In this document: positions 36,157 through 45,523 of the stretch, one piece after another
How the letters are laid out: each line of letters opens with the position of its first letter
Position numbering within the stretch: position 1 is the stretch's first letter
From: Thermoplasmatota archaeon
GTDB taxonomy: Archaea; Thermoplasmatota; E2; JACPAO01; JAHFTW01
Length of the DNA stretch: 64,000 nt
Reading direction: 5' to 3'
Assembly: GCA_049602735.1 (NCBI GenBank)
Contig: JBMYRW010000003.1
Coordinates: 11,457-75,456, forward strand
Translations under genes and position numbers: made by a program
Notes under the pieces: generated by a model
The model's database searches: none
Seen by the model: only the letters and a program-made list of their open reading frames with translations
Told to the model about the DNA's origin: nothing

Positions 36157-37919
36157 GCGTGCACCTCCGTCTCCACCTTGCTACCATCGCCACTGGCGAG
36201 GAGGCCTTCCATGCGCTCGGCCACTTCGAGCCAGGTGACCAGGTCGCCCTGCACCTTGTTGAGGCGCTCGTAGTGCTTGACCGTGTGCTTGCGCAGCAAG
36301 CCTTCCAGTTGGCCGGTGGCGTTCATCTCGACGACCAGCACCTGGGGCGCGGCGTCGATGATGTCCAGGAAGCCCTCCTTCGGCAGAGGGTTGAGGATCT
36401 TGGGGATGATGTAGCCCACCTTCTTGCCGTCCTCGATGGCGCGGGTCACCGCTTCCTTCACGGGGCCCTTGGTGGAGCCCCAGGTGACCACGAGGAGGTC
36501 CGGGTTCTCGTCACCGAAGCGCTCCACGGCCAGCGGGTACTTCCAGGCGTCCTCGATCTTGCCGAGGCGCTTGGTCATCATCGCTTCGTGGTTCTCGCCC
36601 GTGTAGTTGGGGTTGCCGTACTCGTTGTGCTCGAGGCCCTCGGCGACGTAGACGCCGCCCTTCATGCCGGGCAGGGACATGGGGCTGACCCCGTCCTCGG
36701 TGAACTTGTAGCGGCGGAAGTCGTCCGCGAGCTGCTCCTCGGTGGGCAGCAGGCGGCTCATGATCGGCGTGTCGGCCAGATCGGGGATCAGGATGTTCTC
36801 CGTGCGGTTGCCCAGGGAGTGGTCCGTGGCCAGCATCACCGGGACCTGGTACTTCTCGGCCATGTTGAAGGCCCAGATGGTCTGGAAGATGCAGTCGCGC
36901 ACGCCCGTGGGGGCCAGCACGATGCGGCTGGACTCGCCGTGGCTGCCATAGACCATCATGTTGAGGTCGGACTGCTCCGGCTTGGTGGGCAGGCCCGTGC
37001 TGGGCCCGCCGCGCATGGCGTTCACGATGACCACCGGCAGTTCGGCGGTGGAGCCGAGGCCGAGGAGCTCCTGCATAAGGCTGAGGCCAGGGCCGCTCGT
37101 GGCGGTCATCGCCTTCTTGCCGCTGAAGCTGGCACCCAGGCAGTGGGCCAAGGCGCTCATCTCGTCCTCCGCCTGCAGGCAGGTCTTGCCGTTCTTGGGC
37201 ATCTCGCGGGCCAGGGCCTCCAGGATGCTGGAAGCGGGCGTGATGGGGTAGCCGGCGAAGAAGTCGACACCGGCGACAAGGGCACCCAGGGCGACGGCGT
37301 CGTTGCCGTTGATGAGCATGCGCTCGGCGTCCTGGTCGGTGACCGCCAGGCGCTCTTCATGCTCCCGCGTCAGGGTGGCGATGTAGTCGTAGGCCGCATC
37401 GACGGCCTCGTCGTTCTTCTCGAGGATCTTCGGGTTCTTGCCCTTGAACTTCTTGCGCACCGTCCGCTTGACGGAGTCGGAAGGCACGTCGTACAGGGCC
37501 GCACAGGCGGCGACCGCGAAGACGTTCTTGGACTTGGGCGAGCCGACGGTCTCCTTGACCAGGCGGTCGAAGTCGATCTCGTAGAAGATGAGGTCGGGGC
37601 GCTCGGGCGCCTCCTTCACCTGGCCGGGGTCGTAGATGACCACGCCACCAGGGCGCACAGCGGACAGGTGCTTGTCGATGCCTTCCTGGTTGAACGCACA
37701 CAGCACATCGACGGAGCTACCCACGGAGAGCACCTCGTCGTTGCTTGCGCGGACCTGGAACCAGCAGTGACCGCCCTTGATCTCAGCAGGATACGATTCG
37801 AACGTGAACACGTTGAAACCGATGTCACTGATGGCTAGCGTAGCGATCTCACCGGCGGAGATCACGCCTTCTCCGGACTCCCCTGCGACGCGGAATGTGA
37901 AGCTGGCTATTGCCCTCAC
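36153..37919 (-). CDS. korA: 2-oxoacid:ferredoxin oxidoreductase alpha subunit (gamma-alpha fusion)
   Basis: AGESGEG, EIKGG, AGYPITPAS, QAEDE, TSGPG, RGGPSTGLPT. Confidence 0.93.
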   Translation of the reverse strand: MRAIASFTFRVAGESGEGVISAGEIATLAISDIGFNVFTFESYPAEIKGGHCWFQVRASNDEVLSVGSSVDVLCAFNQEGIDKHLSAVRPGGVVIYDPGQVKEAPERPDLIFYEIDFDRLVKETVGSPKSKNVFAVAACAALYDVPSDSVKRTVRKKFKGKNPKILEKNDEAVDAAYDYIATLTREHEERLAVTDQDAERMLINGNDAVALGALVAGVDFFAGYPITPASSILEALAREMPKNGKTCLQAEDEMSALAHCLGASFSGKKAMTATSGPGLSLMQELLGLGSTAELPVVIVNAMRGGPSTGLPTKPEQSDLNMMVYGSHGESSRIVLAPTGVRDCIFQTIWAFNMAEKYQVPVMLATDHSLGNRTENILIPDLADTPIMSRLLPTEEQLADDFRRYKFTEDGVSPMSLPGMKGGVYVAEGLEHNEYGNPNYTGENHEAMMTKRLGKIEDAWKYPLAVERFGDENPDLLVVTWGSTKGPVKEAVTRAIEDGKKVGYIIPKILNPLPKEGFLDIIDAAPQVLVVEMNATGQLEGLLRKHTVKHYERLNKVQGDLVTWLEVAERMEGLLASGDGSKVETEVHA

Positions 37920-37998
37920 CTCAAGAAGACCCTTGATAAAGGGTCCAGTAGCCGCTGCCACCCTGGCACGTTATTAAAGACTTCAGGACGGGACCGGC

Positions 37999-39441
37999 CT
38001 AATCGCGGCGCCGGGCCACGAGGGCCGCGACACCGAGGAGGCCGACGAGCACCAGCGCGCCGGGTCCAGGCGAGTCTTCGCCTTCGCCGCCGCTGTCGGT
38101 ACCCGCGTTGCCGCCGCCACCGCCGCCGGTGCCGGCGCCACTGGCGCTGCCACCGCCCGTACCGGGCAGGACGGTCACGGTGAGCGTCTGGCCCAGCGTC
38201 TTGGGCACACCACCGGCCGTGTACTCCAGCGTGGCGTTCACCTGGTAGCTACCAGGAGGGGTGCCTGCCGGGGGCGTCACGACGAACTCTTGGTCACGGC
38301 TGTCACCGGAGGGCACCGGCACGTGGGCAGGCTGCCAGACCAGGTCCCAGCCCTCAGGGGCCTCACCGGTGGTGAAGGGGTGGCCTTCGGAGCCGCCACT
38401 GTTCTGGATGGTGAACTGGAAGACGGCCGACTGGGTCGCCGTGGTCTCCACTTCGACGGCGTTGGCCGCCCAGGTCAGGATCGGGATCTCGGCCGTGATG
38501 GCGCCACCGGTGACGGCGCTGCCGATGTGGATGTCCTTGGTGGCCAGGTTGCCGGCGGCGTCCTTGGCCTCGACGCGCAGAACGTCCGCCGCGTTGAGTT
38601 CGCGGACGGTCCAGCGGTAGGCTTCACCCAGGGTGACGCACTGGTGGGCGGGGGAGGGCAGGGTGCATTCGGGCACGAGGATCGTGGAGAGCCCATGGGG
38701 GCCGTAGCCGGGCACGTAGTCGTTGTCCCAGAGGCGGCCTTCCCACTGCTCGAGTTGGTCGGTGATGTCCTCGCCGTTGAGGGTCACCTTGAGCTCGGAG
38801 AGGGGCTCGGCGAACTCGATGCTGAGGCCGCTCTGGCCGTCGGGCAGCTGGCCGTCGCCGGGCAGCACGATGGGCCACGGCATGGTGGCATCGTTGTTCT
38901 TGTGCTGCTCCGCGTCGTCGGGGCAGCGTTCCACCGGAGCACCCGCGTCGCAGTTGCTCACGATCGCCTTGGCCCAGAAGCGCGCCAGCTCGTTGTTGCT
39001 GGCGTCGTAGGCGTGCACGGCGGCCGTGTACTGGCCATCCGGCACGAGGGGCGTCTGCAGGTTGATGAAGAAGCCGTCGTCGGGGTTGGTGTCGGCACGG
39101 TAGTTGATGACCTGTTGGCCCGTGAACCACGCGGCGCTGGGCAGGTCACAGACGCTGTCGGGGAAGTCTGTCACGTGGGCCCCGAAACTGAATCCGAACG
39201 CCGCGATCTGGTCGGCGCTGGCGCCGATCGCCTGGAACTGCACGAACAGGCTGCCGCTGGCGCGGATGAAGCCGTCGCTGCCGGGAGCGATGTCCGGGTT
39301 GAGCAGGACCAAGGTCAGGTCGCCGCAGCACCCGATGTTAGGATTGTCACAGATGTTGTTGCTGCTCACTTGGGCCGACGTGGGGGCCGACCAGACGAGC
39401 ACCATCGCGGTCGCCAGTAGAATGGAAGTCAGGACGCGCAT
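37999..39441 (-). CDS. Secreted Cys-containing protein with an NPCBM-associated/NEW3-like domain and a C-terminal sorting signal (paralog 1)
   Basis: Signal peptide; PEGW...VTPP...PGSY motif; tail GEDSPGPGALVLVGLLGVAALVARRRD. Confidence 0.8.
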   Translation of the reverse strand: MRVLTSILLATAMVLVWSAPTSAQVSSNNICDNPNIGCCGDLTLVLLNPDIAPGSDGFIRASGSLFVQFQAIGASADQIAAFGFSFGAHVTDFPDSVCDLPSAAWFTGQQVINYRADTNPDDGFFINLQTPLVPDGQYTAAVHAYDASNNELARFWAKAIVSNCDAGAPVERCPDDAEQHKNNDATMPWPIVLPGDGQLPDGQSGLSIEFAEPLSELKVTLNGEDITDQLEQWEGRLWDNDYVPGYGPHGLSTILVPECTLPSPAHQCVTLGEAYRWTVRELNAADVLRVEAKDAAGNLATKDIHIGSAVTGGAITAEIPILTWAANAVEVETTATQSAVFQFTIQNSGGSEGHPFTTGEAPEGWDLVWQPAHVPVPSGDSRDQEFVVTPPAGTPPGSYQVNATLEYTAGGVPKTLGQTLTVTVLPGTGGGSASGAGTGGGGGGNAGTDSGGEGEDSPGPGALVLVGLLGVAALVARRRD

Positions 39442-39517
39442 GTTACCACCGTTGCTCGACCTGGGCTCCTTCAAAAAAGGATTGTTGTTAGAGAGGCGGG
39501 GTGAACAGCGCCCGCGG

Positions 39518-40918
39518 CTACGTGGGGCGCCGCCGGGCCAAAGCGACTGTGAGAGCCACAAGCACCAACGCGAGGCCGGGAAGCGGGGAGTCTTCGCCTT
39601 CGCCGTCGTCCCCGGCCGTGGGGGCGGCTTCGGCGCCGTCGCCACCGGGGGCGGGCGGGACGACCAGGACGTTGAGGGCGCTCTCGACGCTCTTCTCCAG
39701 GCTGCCCTGTTGGTAGTCGATGATGGCGCGCACAGGGTAGCGATCAGGCGCCGTGTCGGCGGGGATCGTGACGTGCAGGGCCTGTTCGCTGCTGCCGCCG
39801 GCGGGGACGGGGCGGTGGCCGGGGACCCATTCATAGGACCAGCCTTCGGGGACCTCCGCCGAGGCGAAGGGGTGGCCTTCGCCGCCGCCCGTGTTCTGAA
39901 GGAGTGCTTCGAGCACCGCCGTGCCGCCTGGGGGCCCTTCGACGGTGGATTCGTCGAAGGTCATCTGGAGGATCGGGAGGCCGTCGGAGATCGTGCCGCC
40001 CGCCACGCTGGAGCCGATGTGGATCTCCTTGCGTGCCACGTTGCCGTTCTCGTCGGTGGCGATGACCCTGATGACGTCGCTGTCGACCACGTCGCGGCCG
40101 GTCCATTGATAGGCAGGCCCGACGAGGGGGCCACACTGGTGCGCCGGCTCCGGCAGGGTGCAGGGGGTCAGGATCTGGTAGAAATGGCCGCCGGGGCCAC
40201 CCGTGGGCGCGTTGTCCTGGTCCCACATGGGGCGGTCGGCCCACTCGGAGAGTTCGCCCGTGACGTCCTCACCGTTGAGCTCCACCGTCAGGTTGGAGAG
40301 GCGCTCGTTGAACTCGAAGGCGAACCCGGGTACAGGGCGGTCGGCGCCGTCGCCTGGCAGCAGGATCGGCCAGGGCATGGTGACGTCTCGTTCCTGGGCC
40401 GCGGGATCGTCAGGGCAGCCCAGTTCCGGGGGGTTGCCGCAGTTGTCGAGGCGTACGAGCCCCCAGAAGCGGGCGATCTCCTGGCCGGAGGCGTCGTAGC
40501 CGTGCACAGCGACGCCGAGGTCGGTCTGCGGACTGGTCTGGCCGTTGCTGTTGATGGCGATGAAGAAGCCGTCGCTGGCCACGGGGTCGTAGGCGTACCC
40601 CTCCAGGTAGAGGCCAGTGAGCCAGCCCGCAGGGGGCAAGGCACAGACCTCTTCGCCGGTGGGGATGTCGAAGCCGAAACTGAGGCCGAACGCCTCGATC
40701 TCCGAGGCCCGTTCGCCGATCACCTGGAACTGCACCAGGAGGCGGCCACTCACATGGAAGAGACCGTTGGCATCAGGGGTGATGTCGGGGTTGCGGATGA
40801 AGAGCTCAAGCCCTTCGCCGCAGGATTGGAGTTGCCCGGCCGCCGGCGCGGGCAGCAGCGCCAGGCTCGTCATCGCCGCCAGGAGGACCACCACGGCACG
40901 CTGTCCCATCACACCCAT
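39518..40918 (-). CDS. Secreted Cys-containing protein with a NEW3-like domain and a C-terminal sorting signal (paralog 2)
   Basis: Collinear with the neighbouring gene (NPDI, VQFQ, DGFFI, TMPWPI.LPGDG); tail GEDSPLPGLALVLVALTVALARRRPT. Confidence 0.8.
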   Translation of the reverse strand: MGVMGQRAVVVLLAAMTSLALLPAPAAGQLQSCGEGLELFIRNPDITPDANGLFHVSGRLLVQFQVIGERASEIEAFGLSFGFDIPTGEEVCALPPAGWLTGLYLEGYAYDPVASDGFFIAINSNGQTSPQTDLGVAVHGYDASGQEIARFWGLVRLDNCGNPPELGCPDDPAAQERDVTMPWPILLPGDGADRPVPGFAFEFNERLSNLTVELNGEDVTGELSEWADRPMWDQDNAPTGGPGGHFYQILTPCTLPEPAHQCGPLVGPAYQWTGRDVVDSDVIRVIATDENGNVARKEIHIGSSVAGGTISDGLPILQMTFDESTVEGPPGGTAVLEALLQNTGGGEGHPFASAEVPEGWSYEWVPGHRPVPAGGSSEQALHVTIPADTAPDRYPVRAIIDYQQGSLEKSVESALNVLVVPPAPGGDGAEAAPTAGDDGEGEDSPLPGLALVLVALTVALARRRPT

Positions 40919-41005
40919 GCGACCAGAAGCGGGAGAAGGAAGGGAAAAGGTTGCGCGTGGCCGAGACACCCGCTGCCAGGGGCCCGGTCGGCCCGAGCGG
41001 GGCGG

Positions 41006-41782
41006 TCAGGCCTCGACGGTCCGGATGAGGTCCGTCCGGGTGACGATGCCCTTGATGGTGCCGTCGTCCACGATCGGCAGGGCGCCCACCTGGTGGTCCA
41101 TCATCATCTGGGCGGCCGCGGCGGCGCTCGTGTCGGGGCCGGCGGTCACCACGTTGGTGCGCATGTAGTCGCCCACCTGCATGTCGCGGACGTTGACGCG
41201 CTGCACGTGGGGGTCGGCCTCCTTGAAGGCGGCGAACGCGCCGGCGATCTCATGCTCGGCGATGATGCCCTTCACGACACCTTCGTCCAGGACGGGCAGG
41301 CGGGCCACGTCATGGTCCAGGATCAACCGTCGGGCGTGCACGAGGCGCTCACTGGGACCGACGGCGTGCAGCTCCTGCTGCATGAACTCGGAGACGGGTT
41401 GCTCGGCCTTCACCAGACCCAGCAGGTCGGCCTTGGTGACGACACCGACGAGGTTGTCGCCGCGGCAGACGGGGATCATGGTGAGCCCGGGCTTGCCGAC
41501 GTCCGCGAGCAGGTTGGCCAGGGATTCGTCCGGGTGGGCCATGACGAAGTCCTTGATCATGACGCTGGAAGCGTGCAGCGTCGCGGTCTGGATGTTCTTG
41601 TTGTGGGCGCGGCCCAGTTTGTCGGCGATGACACCGTCCGTGACGATGCCGACCAGCTTTCCTTCCTCTGTCACCGGGATCTTCGTGATGCCATGCTGCT
41701 CCATCAGGTGCAGCACGTCCTTCAGGTTCCGGTCCTTGTCGATGGTGATGACCTCGCTGGTCATGACGTCGCTTACGTTCAT
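41006..41782 (-). CDS. CBS domain protein (four CBS motifs)
   Basis: VSDVMT, KIPV..GKLVGIVT, RLPV, ALPIVD...GIVTRTD. Confidence 0.92.
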   Translation of the reverse strand: MNVSDVMTSEVITIDKDRNLKDVLHLMEQHGITKIPVTEEGKLVGIVTDGVIADKLGRAHNKNIQTATLHASSVMIKDFVMAHPDESLANLLADVGKPGLTMIPVCRGDNLVGVVTKADLLGLVKAEQPVSEFMQQELHAVGPSERLVHARRLILDHDVARLPVLDEGVVKGIIAEHEIAGAFAAFKEADPHVQRVNVRDMQVGDYMRTNVVTAGPDTSAAAAAQMMMDHQVGALPIVDDGTIKGIVTRTDLIRTVEA

Positions 41783-41908
41783 GGTCGTGCCTCGGCGCGC
41801 GGCCTGCTTCCCGCCCGGCGCTGGAGGGCGCAGGAGAAAAGGGAGGTGGGAAGGGTCCGCACGCAATCCATGATATTGGCCCGCACGATATAGAAGGGTT
41901 GGCAAGAG

Positions 41909-41956
41909 AGTCAAGGCGCCGGTCGAGGGGTCGGTCGAGGGGTCGGTCGAGGCGTC
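41909..41956. repeat. 12-bp tandem repeat (GGTCGAGGGGTC-like), three good copies and one degenerate
   Basis: 41921-32 and 41933-44 identical, 41945-56 one mismatch, 41909-20 degenerate; intergenic. Confidence 0.75.
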
Positions 41957-42025
41957 CGTCCCGGCCCCTTGGCCGCGCGGGGTGGACCCCATGGCTTCTT
42001 GGCGCCCCCTGGAGGTGCCCGCGTC

Positions 42026-42967
42026 GTGGTCAAGCTCGCGGTCGTGCAGGCGGAACCGGTGATCCTCGATGCCCAGGCGAGCCTGGAGAAGGCGGCGCGG
42101 CTAATCGCGGAGGCGGCGGCGCAGGGGGCGAGGCTCTGCCTCTTCCCTGAGGCGTTCGTGCCGGCGTACGCCCATTGGGCCCACGCGGCCCGCTTCGAGC
42201 ACCCTGACCACCAACGGCTCCATGCGCGTCTGGTGCGGGAGTCGGTGCGGGTGCCGGAGGACCTGGGCGTCATCGCGGCGGCGGCCAAGGAGCACGGCAT
42301 CGTCGTGGCATTGCCCGTGACGGAACGGGACCCGGACACGCCCGGGACACCGTACATCACGATGGCCGTCTTCGACCGTGACGGGACGTACCTGGGCAAA
42401 CACCGCAAGCTGACGCCGACGCACCACGAGCGGACCGTGTACGGCTATGGCGGCGGCGAGGGGCTGCGGGCGTTCGAGGTGACCTTGGACGACAAGCGCG
42501 TTCGCATGGGCGGCCTCCTGTGCTGGAACAACTTCATGCCCTTGGCGCGCGCGGCACTCTACCAGCAAGGCATCCAGCTCTACCTGGCCCCCACGGCGGA
42601 CGACCGGGACCCGGAATGGCAGGAGGCGATGCGGTTCATCGCCCGCGAGGGACGCTGCTTCGTCCTGGCGAGCTGCCTCCTGCAACGCAAGACCAGCTTC
42701 CCCGACGACTTCGAGCTGGCAGGCCACCCGGAATGGCAGGCGGAACCGGAATGGAACGAGCGCGGCGGCAGCTCCATCGTGGATCCTTGGGGCAAGGAGC
42801 GGGCGGGTCCCGTCTTCGAAGAAGCGACGATCCTCGTGGCTGACGTGGACCTGGACGAGACCCTTGCCGCCCGCCAGACGTTCGACGCTGCGGGCCACTA
42901 CGGCCGCATGGACGTCCTGAAGCTCCACGTCGAAGGGCTGGACCGGACCCCGCCCCACTCCCGCTGA
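42026..42967 (+). CDS. Nitrilase (carbon-nitrogen hydrolase family)
   Basis: FPEAF, HRKLTPT..ER, LCWNN (Glu-Lys-Cys triad), IAREGRCFV, FD..GHY. Confidence 0.92.
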   Translation: MVKLAVVQAEPVILDAQASLEKAARLIAEAAAQGARLCLFPEAFVPAYAHWAHAARFEHPDHQRLHARLVRESVRVPEDLGVIAAAAKEHGIVVALPVTERDPDTPGTPYITMAVFDRDGTYLGKHRKLTPTHHERTVYGYGGGEGLRAFEVTLDDKRVRMGGLLCWNNFMPLARAALYQQGIQLYLAPTADDRDPEWQEAMRFIAREGRCFVLASCLLQRKTSFPDDFELAGHPEWQAEPEWNERGGSSIVDPWGKERAGPVFEEATILVADVDLDETLAARQTFDAAGHYGRMDVLKLHVEGLDRTPPHSR

Positions 42968-43032
42968 CCGGCCGAGTCGTTTCACTCACCCCTCCACCTC
43001 GTCTTTGTCAAGCCGGACGCGATGGGGAGCCG

Positions 43033-43533
43033 GTGACCCTGGACGCCGCCTCGAAGGACGCCAAGCCGCGCCCGCGCAAGAAGAAGGTCAACACCTCGGC
43101 CAAGGGGACCGCCATCGAGTTGTCCGCCATCAAGCTCCTGGAGGAACAGGGGTACAAGGTCCACCGCTGCGTCCGCACCGGCGTCAAGCGCGGCAACCGC
43201 TACTTCGCCCAGTCCAACGACGTCTTCGGCTGCATCGACCTGGTGGCCAAGAAGATGGGGCAACGCACCCTGTGGATCCAGGTGACCGCCGACAGCGGCA
43301 TCGGCCGCAAGAAGAACGACCTCGCCGAGGTCCCCTGGGACCCGCTCTTCGACCAGGTGGAGATCTGGCGCTGGGTGGGCGGCGCGGCCCGCAAGCACAA
43401 GACCACCGGCGAACAGCTGCAACGCCAATATTTCCAGCTCTACCGCATGGACAACGACTACGTCCTCGACCCCGCCGACCGGCTCTACCTGGCGGACCGC
43501 AGCGATCACCAGCAACAGTTGGAGGCGCGCTGA
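43033..43533 (+). CDS. Hjc-like PD-(D/E)xK nuclease (putative Holliday junction resolvase)
   Basis: KG..IE....LLEEQGYKV ... DVFGCIDLVA ... WIQV; basic N-terminus. Confidence 0.65.
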   Translation: MTLDAASKDAKPRPRKKKVNTSAKGTAIELSAIKLLEEQGYKVHRCVRTGVKRGNRYFAQSNDVFGCIDLVAKKMGQRTLWIQVTADSGIGRKKNDLAEVPWDPLFDQVEIWRWVGGAARKHKTTGEQLQRQYFQLYRMDNDYVLDPADRLYLADRSDHQQQLEAR

Positions 43534-45491
43534 TGACCCCGGCCACGCTGGAGGAGCTGCCCGGCGTCGGCCCGGCCCTCAAGGAGGCGATCGCCCGCGT
43601 CATGGATGAAGCTGCGTTCCTCCAGGCCTGCCAGGACGGCGACCTCACCACCCTGACGCAGGTGGAAGGGCTCACCCCCCGCCGCGCTGTCAACCTGGTG
43701 CTGGCCGCCCGCGGCGACCGCGTGGCCAAGGGGTTCTTCGGCACCCCTGGCGCCCGCCGCATCCACGAGGCCGTGATCGACAAGCTCACCGGCTACGCGT
43801 CCACGGACGAAGGTCGCAGTCGCCTGCTGCTTCTCCACCCCCTGGCGGATCAGGAAGAGGCCGCGCAGCACGCCCAAGAGGCCATGGCCGCGAAGGAAGA
43901 GGCGTCACGGTACGACCGGGACGCCATCCGCAAGGCCTTGGCCGGCCTGCAACGCATCCAGGAGCCCAAGCCGATCTACAGCGCCGACCGCCTGGTGATC
44001 TGCCAGGACCCCGCCCTCGCCCGCAAGCTCCGCCAGGATGGCCTCGATCGCTGGGTCGCTGTGGGCGACATCGAGGACCTGCAACAGGCGGCCGACCACG
44101 AAGTGGTCGTCTTCCTCTATGATGAAGGGATGGACCTCGCTGGCCTCGACAACGTGGTGGAACTGCCCGACACGACCCCGCTCCACCGGGTCCATCCGCC
44201 CATGGTGGAGGCGTGGTTCGATGCCAACCAGAAGACCCTGCAAGCGGCCGCCCGTCTCGAAGCGCTCCTTGGCCGGGACGGCCCGGCGTCGCAGGCCCTT
44301 GCCACCCGGTCCGACCCTGTCGCCACCGGCCTGACGCCCAATGACCTACGCGCCGCCGCGACCGCCATCCGTGACGACCTGGAATCTTCGTCCAAGGCCC
44401 GCATCGGCGCCCTCAGCCTCAGCGGTGACGACCTGCTAGCCGCCCTCCAGAACCAGCCGCCGCCCTCCGTCCGCCAGGTCCAGGATGATCTCATGCGCGA
44501 AGGGCGCCGTCGCCTCAAGGAGGAGACCGGGCTCGACCTGGACCTGTACGTCGCCGGCTTCCCGATCACCCTCGACGAGGACGAACTGGAACGGGCTACA
44601 TCCCGCCTGGCCGGGGCTGCCAACCTGGACCGCCACGGCCGTGAAGCCAAGACCGCCGCGGCGTTGGCGCCCCTCAGAGCGGCCATCGAAAAGGAGGTGC
44701 AGGAGCTGCTGGCTTTCGATGCACGCTTCGCACTCGGCTGTTTCGCGTTGGACCATGACCTGCACCCCGCCACGGTGGGCCCTGGGCTCGCCTTCGAGGA
44801 TTCCGTCCACCTCGATCTCGCCGACCATGAGGCCTCACAGCGCATCGCCTACCGCCTCGGGGGCGACGAGGCGAGCCTCGCGGTCCTCACCGGCGCCAAT
44901 TCCGGTGGTAAGAGCACGCTGATGGAGCACGTCGCCCAGTTGGTGATCATGAACCAATGTGGCCTGCCCGTCGTCGGCCGCGGCGTGCGGCTCCCCTGGT
45001 TCGATGCCCTCCACCTGGTGACCGCCAACAAGGGGCTCGACGCCGGTGCTTTCGAGACGTTCCTGCGTTCGTTCCTCCCGGTCGCCAAGGCGCCTGGGCG
45101 GAAGCTCATCCTGGCCGATGAGGTGGAGGCGATGACGGAGCTCGCTGCGGCCGGCCGTATCCTGGGCTTCTTCCTGGACGAAGTGGCCGCCACCGATTCC
45201 ATGGCGATCGTCGTGAGCCACGTGGCGCCCCAGCTCCTGGAGCACACGACGGCGCCGCTGCGCGTCGACGGCATCGAAGCGACGGGGCTCGACGACGACC
45301 ACCAACTGGTCGTGGACCGCACACCCCGCATGGGCCACCTGGCTCGTAGCACACCGGAACTCATCGTGCGCCGCATGGCCGCCACGTCCGGCGATGCCCT
45401 CTTCGAACGGCTCCTGGAGCGCTTCCAGAAGGAGCCCGCACCGGCCATGCCGATGCGCAGCGAACCCCTGGTGGTACCCATTTCAGGGTAA
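43533..45491 (+). CDS. Archaeal MutS-family ATPase (MutS5-type: N-terminal HhH, no Smr domain)
   Basis: LEELPGVGP HhH; LTGANSGGKST Walker A; LILADE Walker B; VSH; TGATG overlap with the upstream nuclease gene. Confidence 0.88.
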   Translation: MTPATLEELPGVGPALKEAIARVMDEAAFLQACQDGDLTTLTQVEGLTPRRAVNLVLAARGDRVAKGFFGTPGARRIHEAVIDKLTGYASTDEGRSRLLLLHPLADQEEAAQHAQEAMAAKEEASRYDRDAIRKALAGLQRIQEPKPIYSADRLVICQDPALARKLRQDGLDRWVAVGDIEDLQQAADHEVVVFLYDEGMDLAGLDNVVELPDTTPLHRVHPPMVEAWFDANQKTLQAAARLEALLGRDGPASQALATRSDPVATGLTPNDLRAAATAIRDDLESSSKARIGALSLSGDDLLAALQNQPPPSVRQVQDDLMREGRRRLKEETGLDLDLYVAGFPITLDEDELERATSRLAGAANLDRHGREAKTAAALAPLRAAIEKEVQELLAFDARFALGCFALDHDLHPATVGPGLAFEDSVHLDLADHEASQRIAYRLGGDEASLAVLTGANSGGKSTLMEHVAQLVIMNQCGLPVVGRGVRLPWFDALHLVTANKGLDAGAFETFLRSFLPVAKAPGRKLILADEVEAMTELAAAGRILGFFLDEVAATDSMAIVVSHVAPQLLEHTTAPLRVDGIEATGLDDDHQLVVDRTPRMGHLARSTPELIVRRMAATSGDALFERLLERFQKEPAPAMPMRSEPLVVPISG

Positions 45492-45523
45492 ACCGGTAAG
45501 TAGCGGCGCCAGGTGGCGGCGCC

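Noticed and set aside
41909-41956. Possible CRISPR array
   Set aside because: The 12-bp units are directly adjacent with no spacers, and there are no cas genes
43005-43532. N-terminal extension of MutS (828-aa ORF) or a frameshift fusion with the nuclease
   Set aside because: The extension is Arg/Pro-rich off-frame sequence; the nuclease has its own stop overlapping the MutS ATG, and no slippery site is evident
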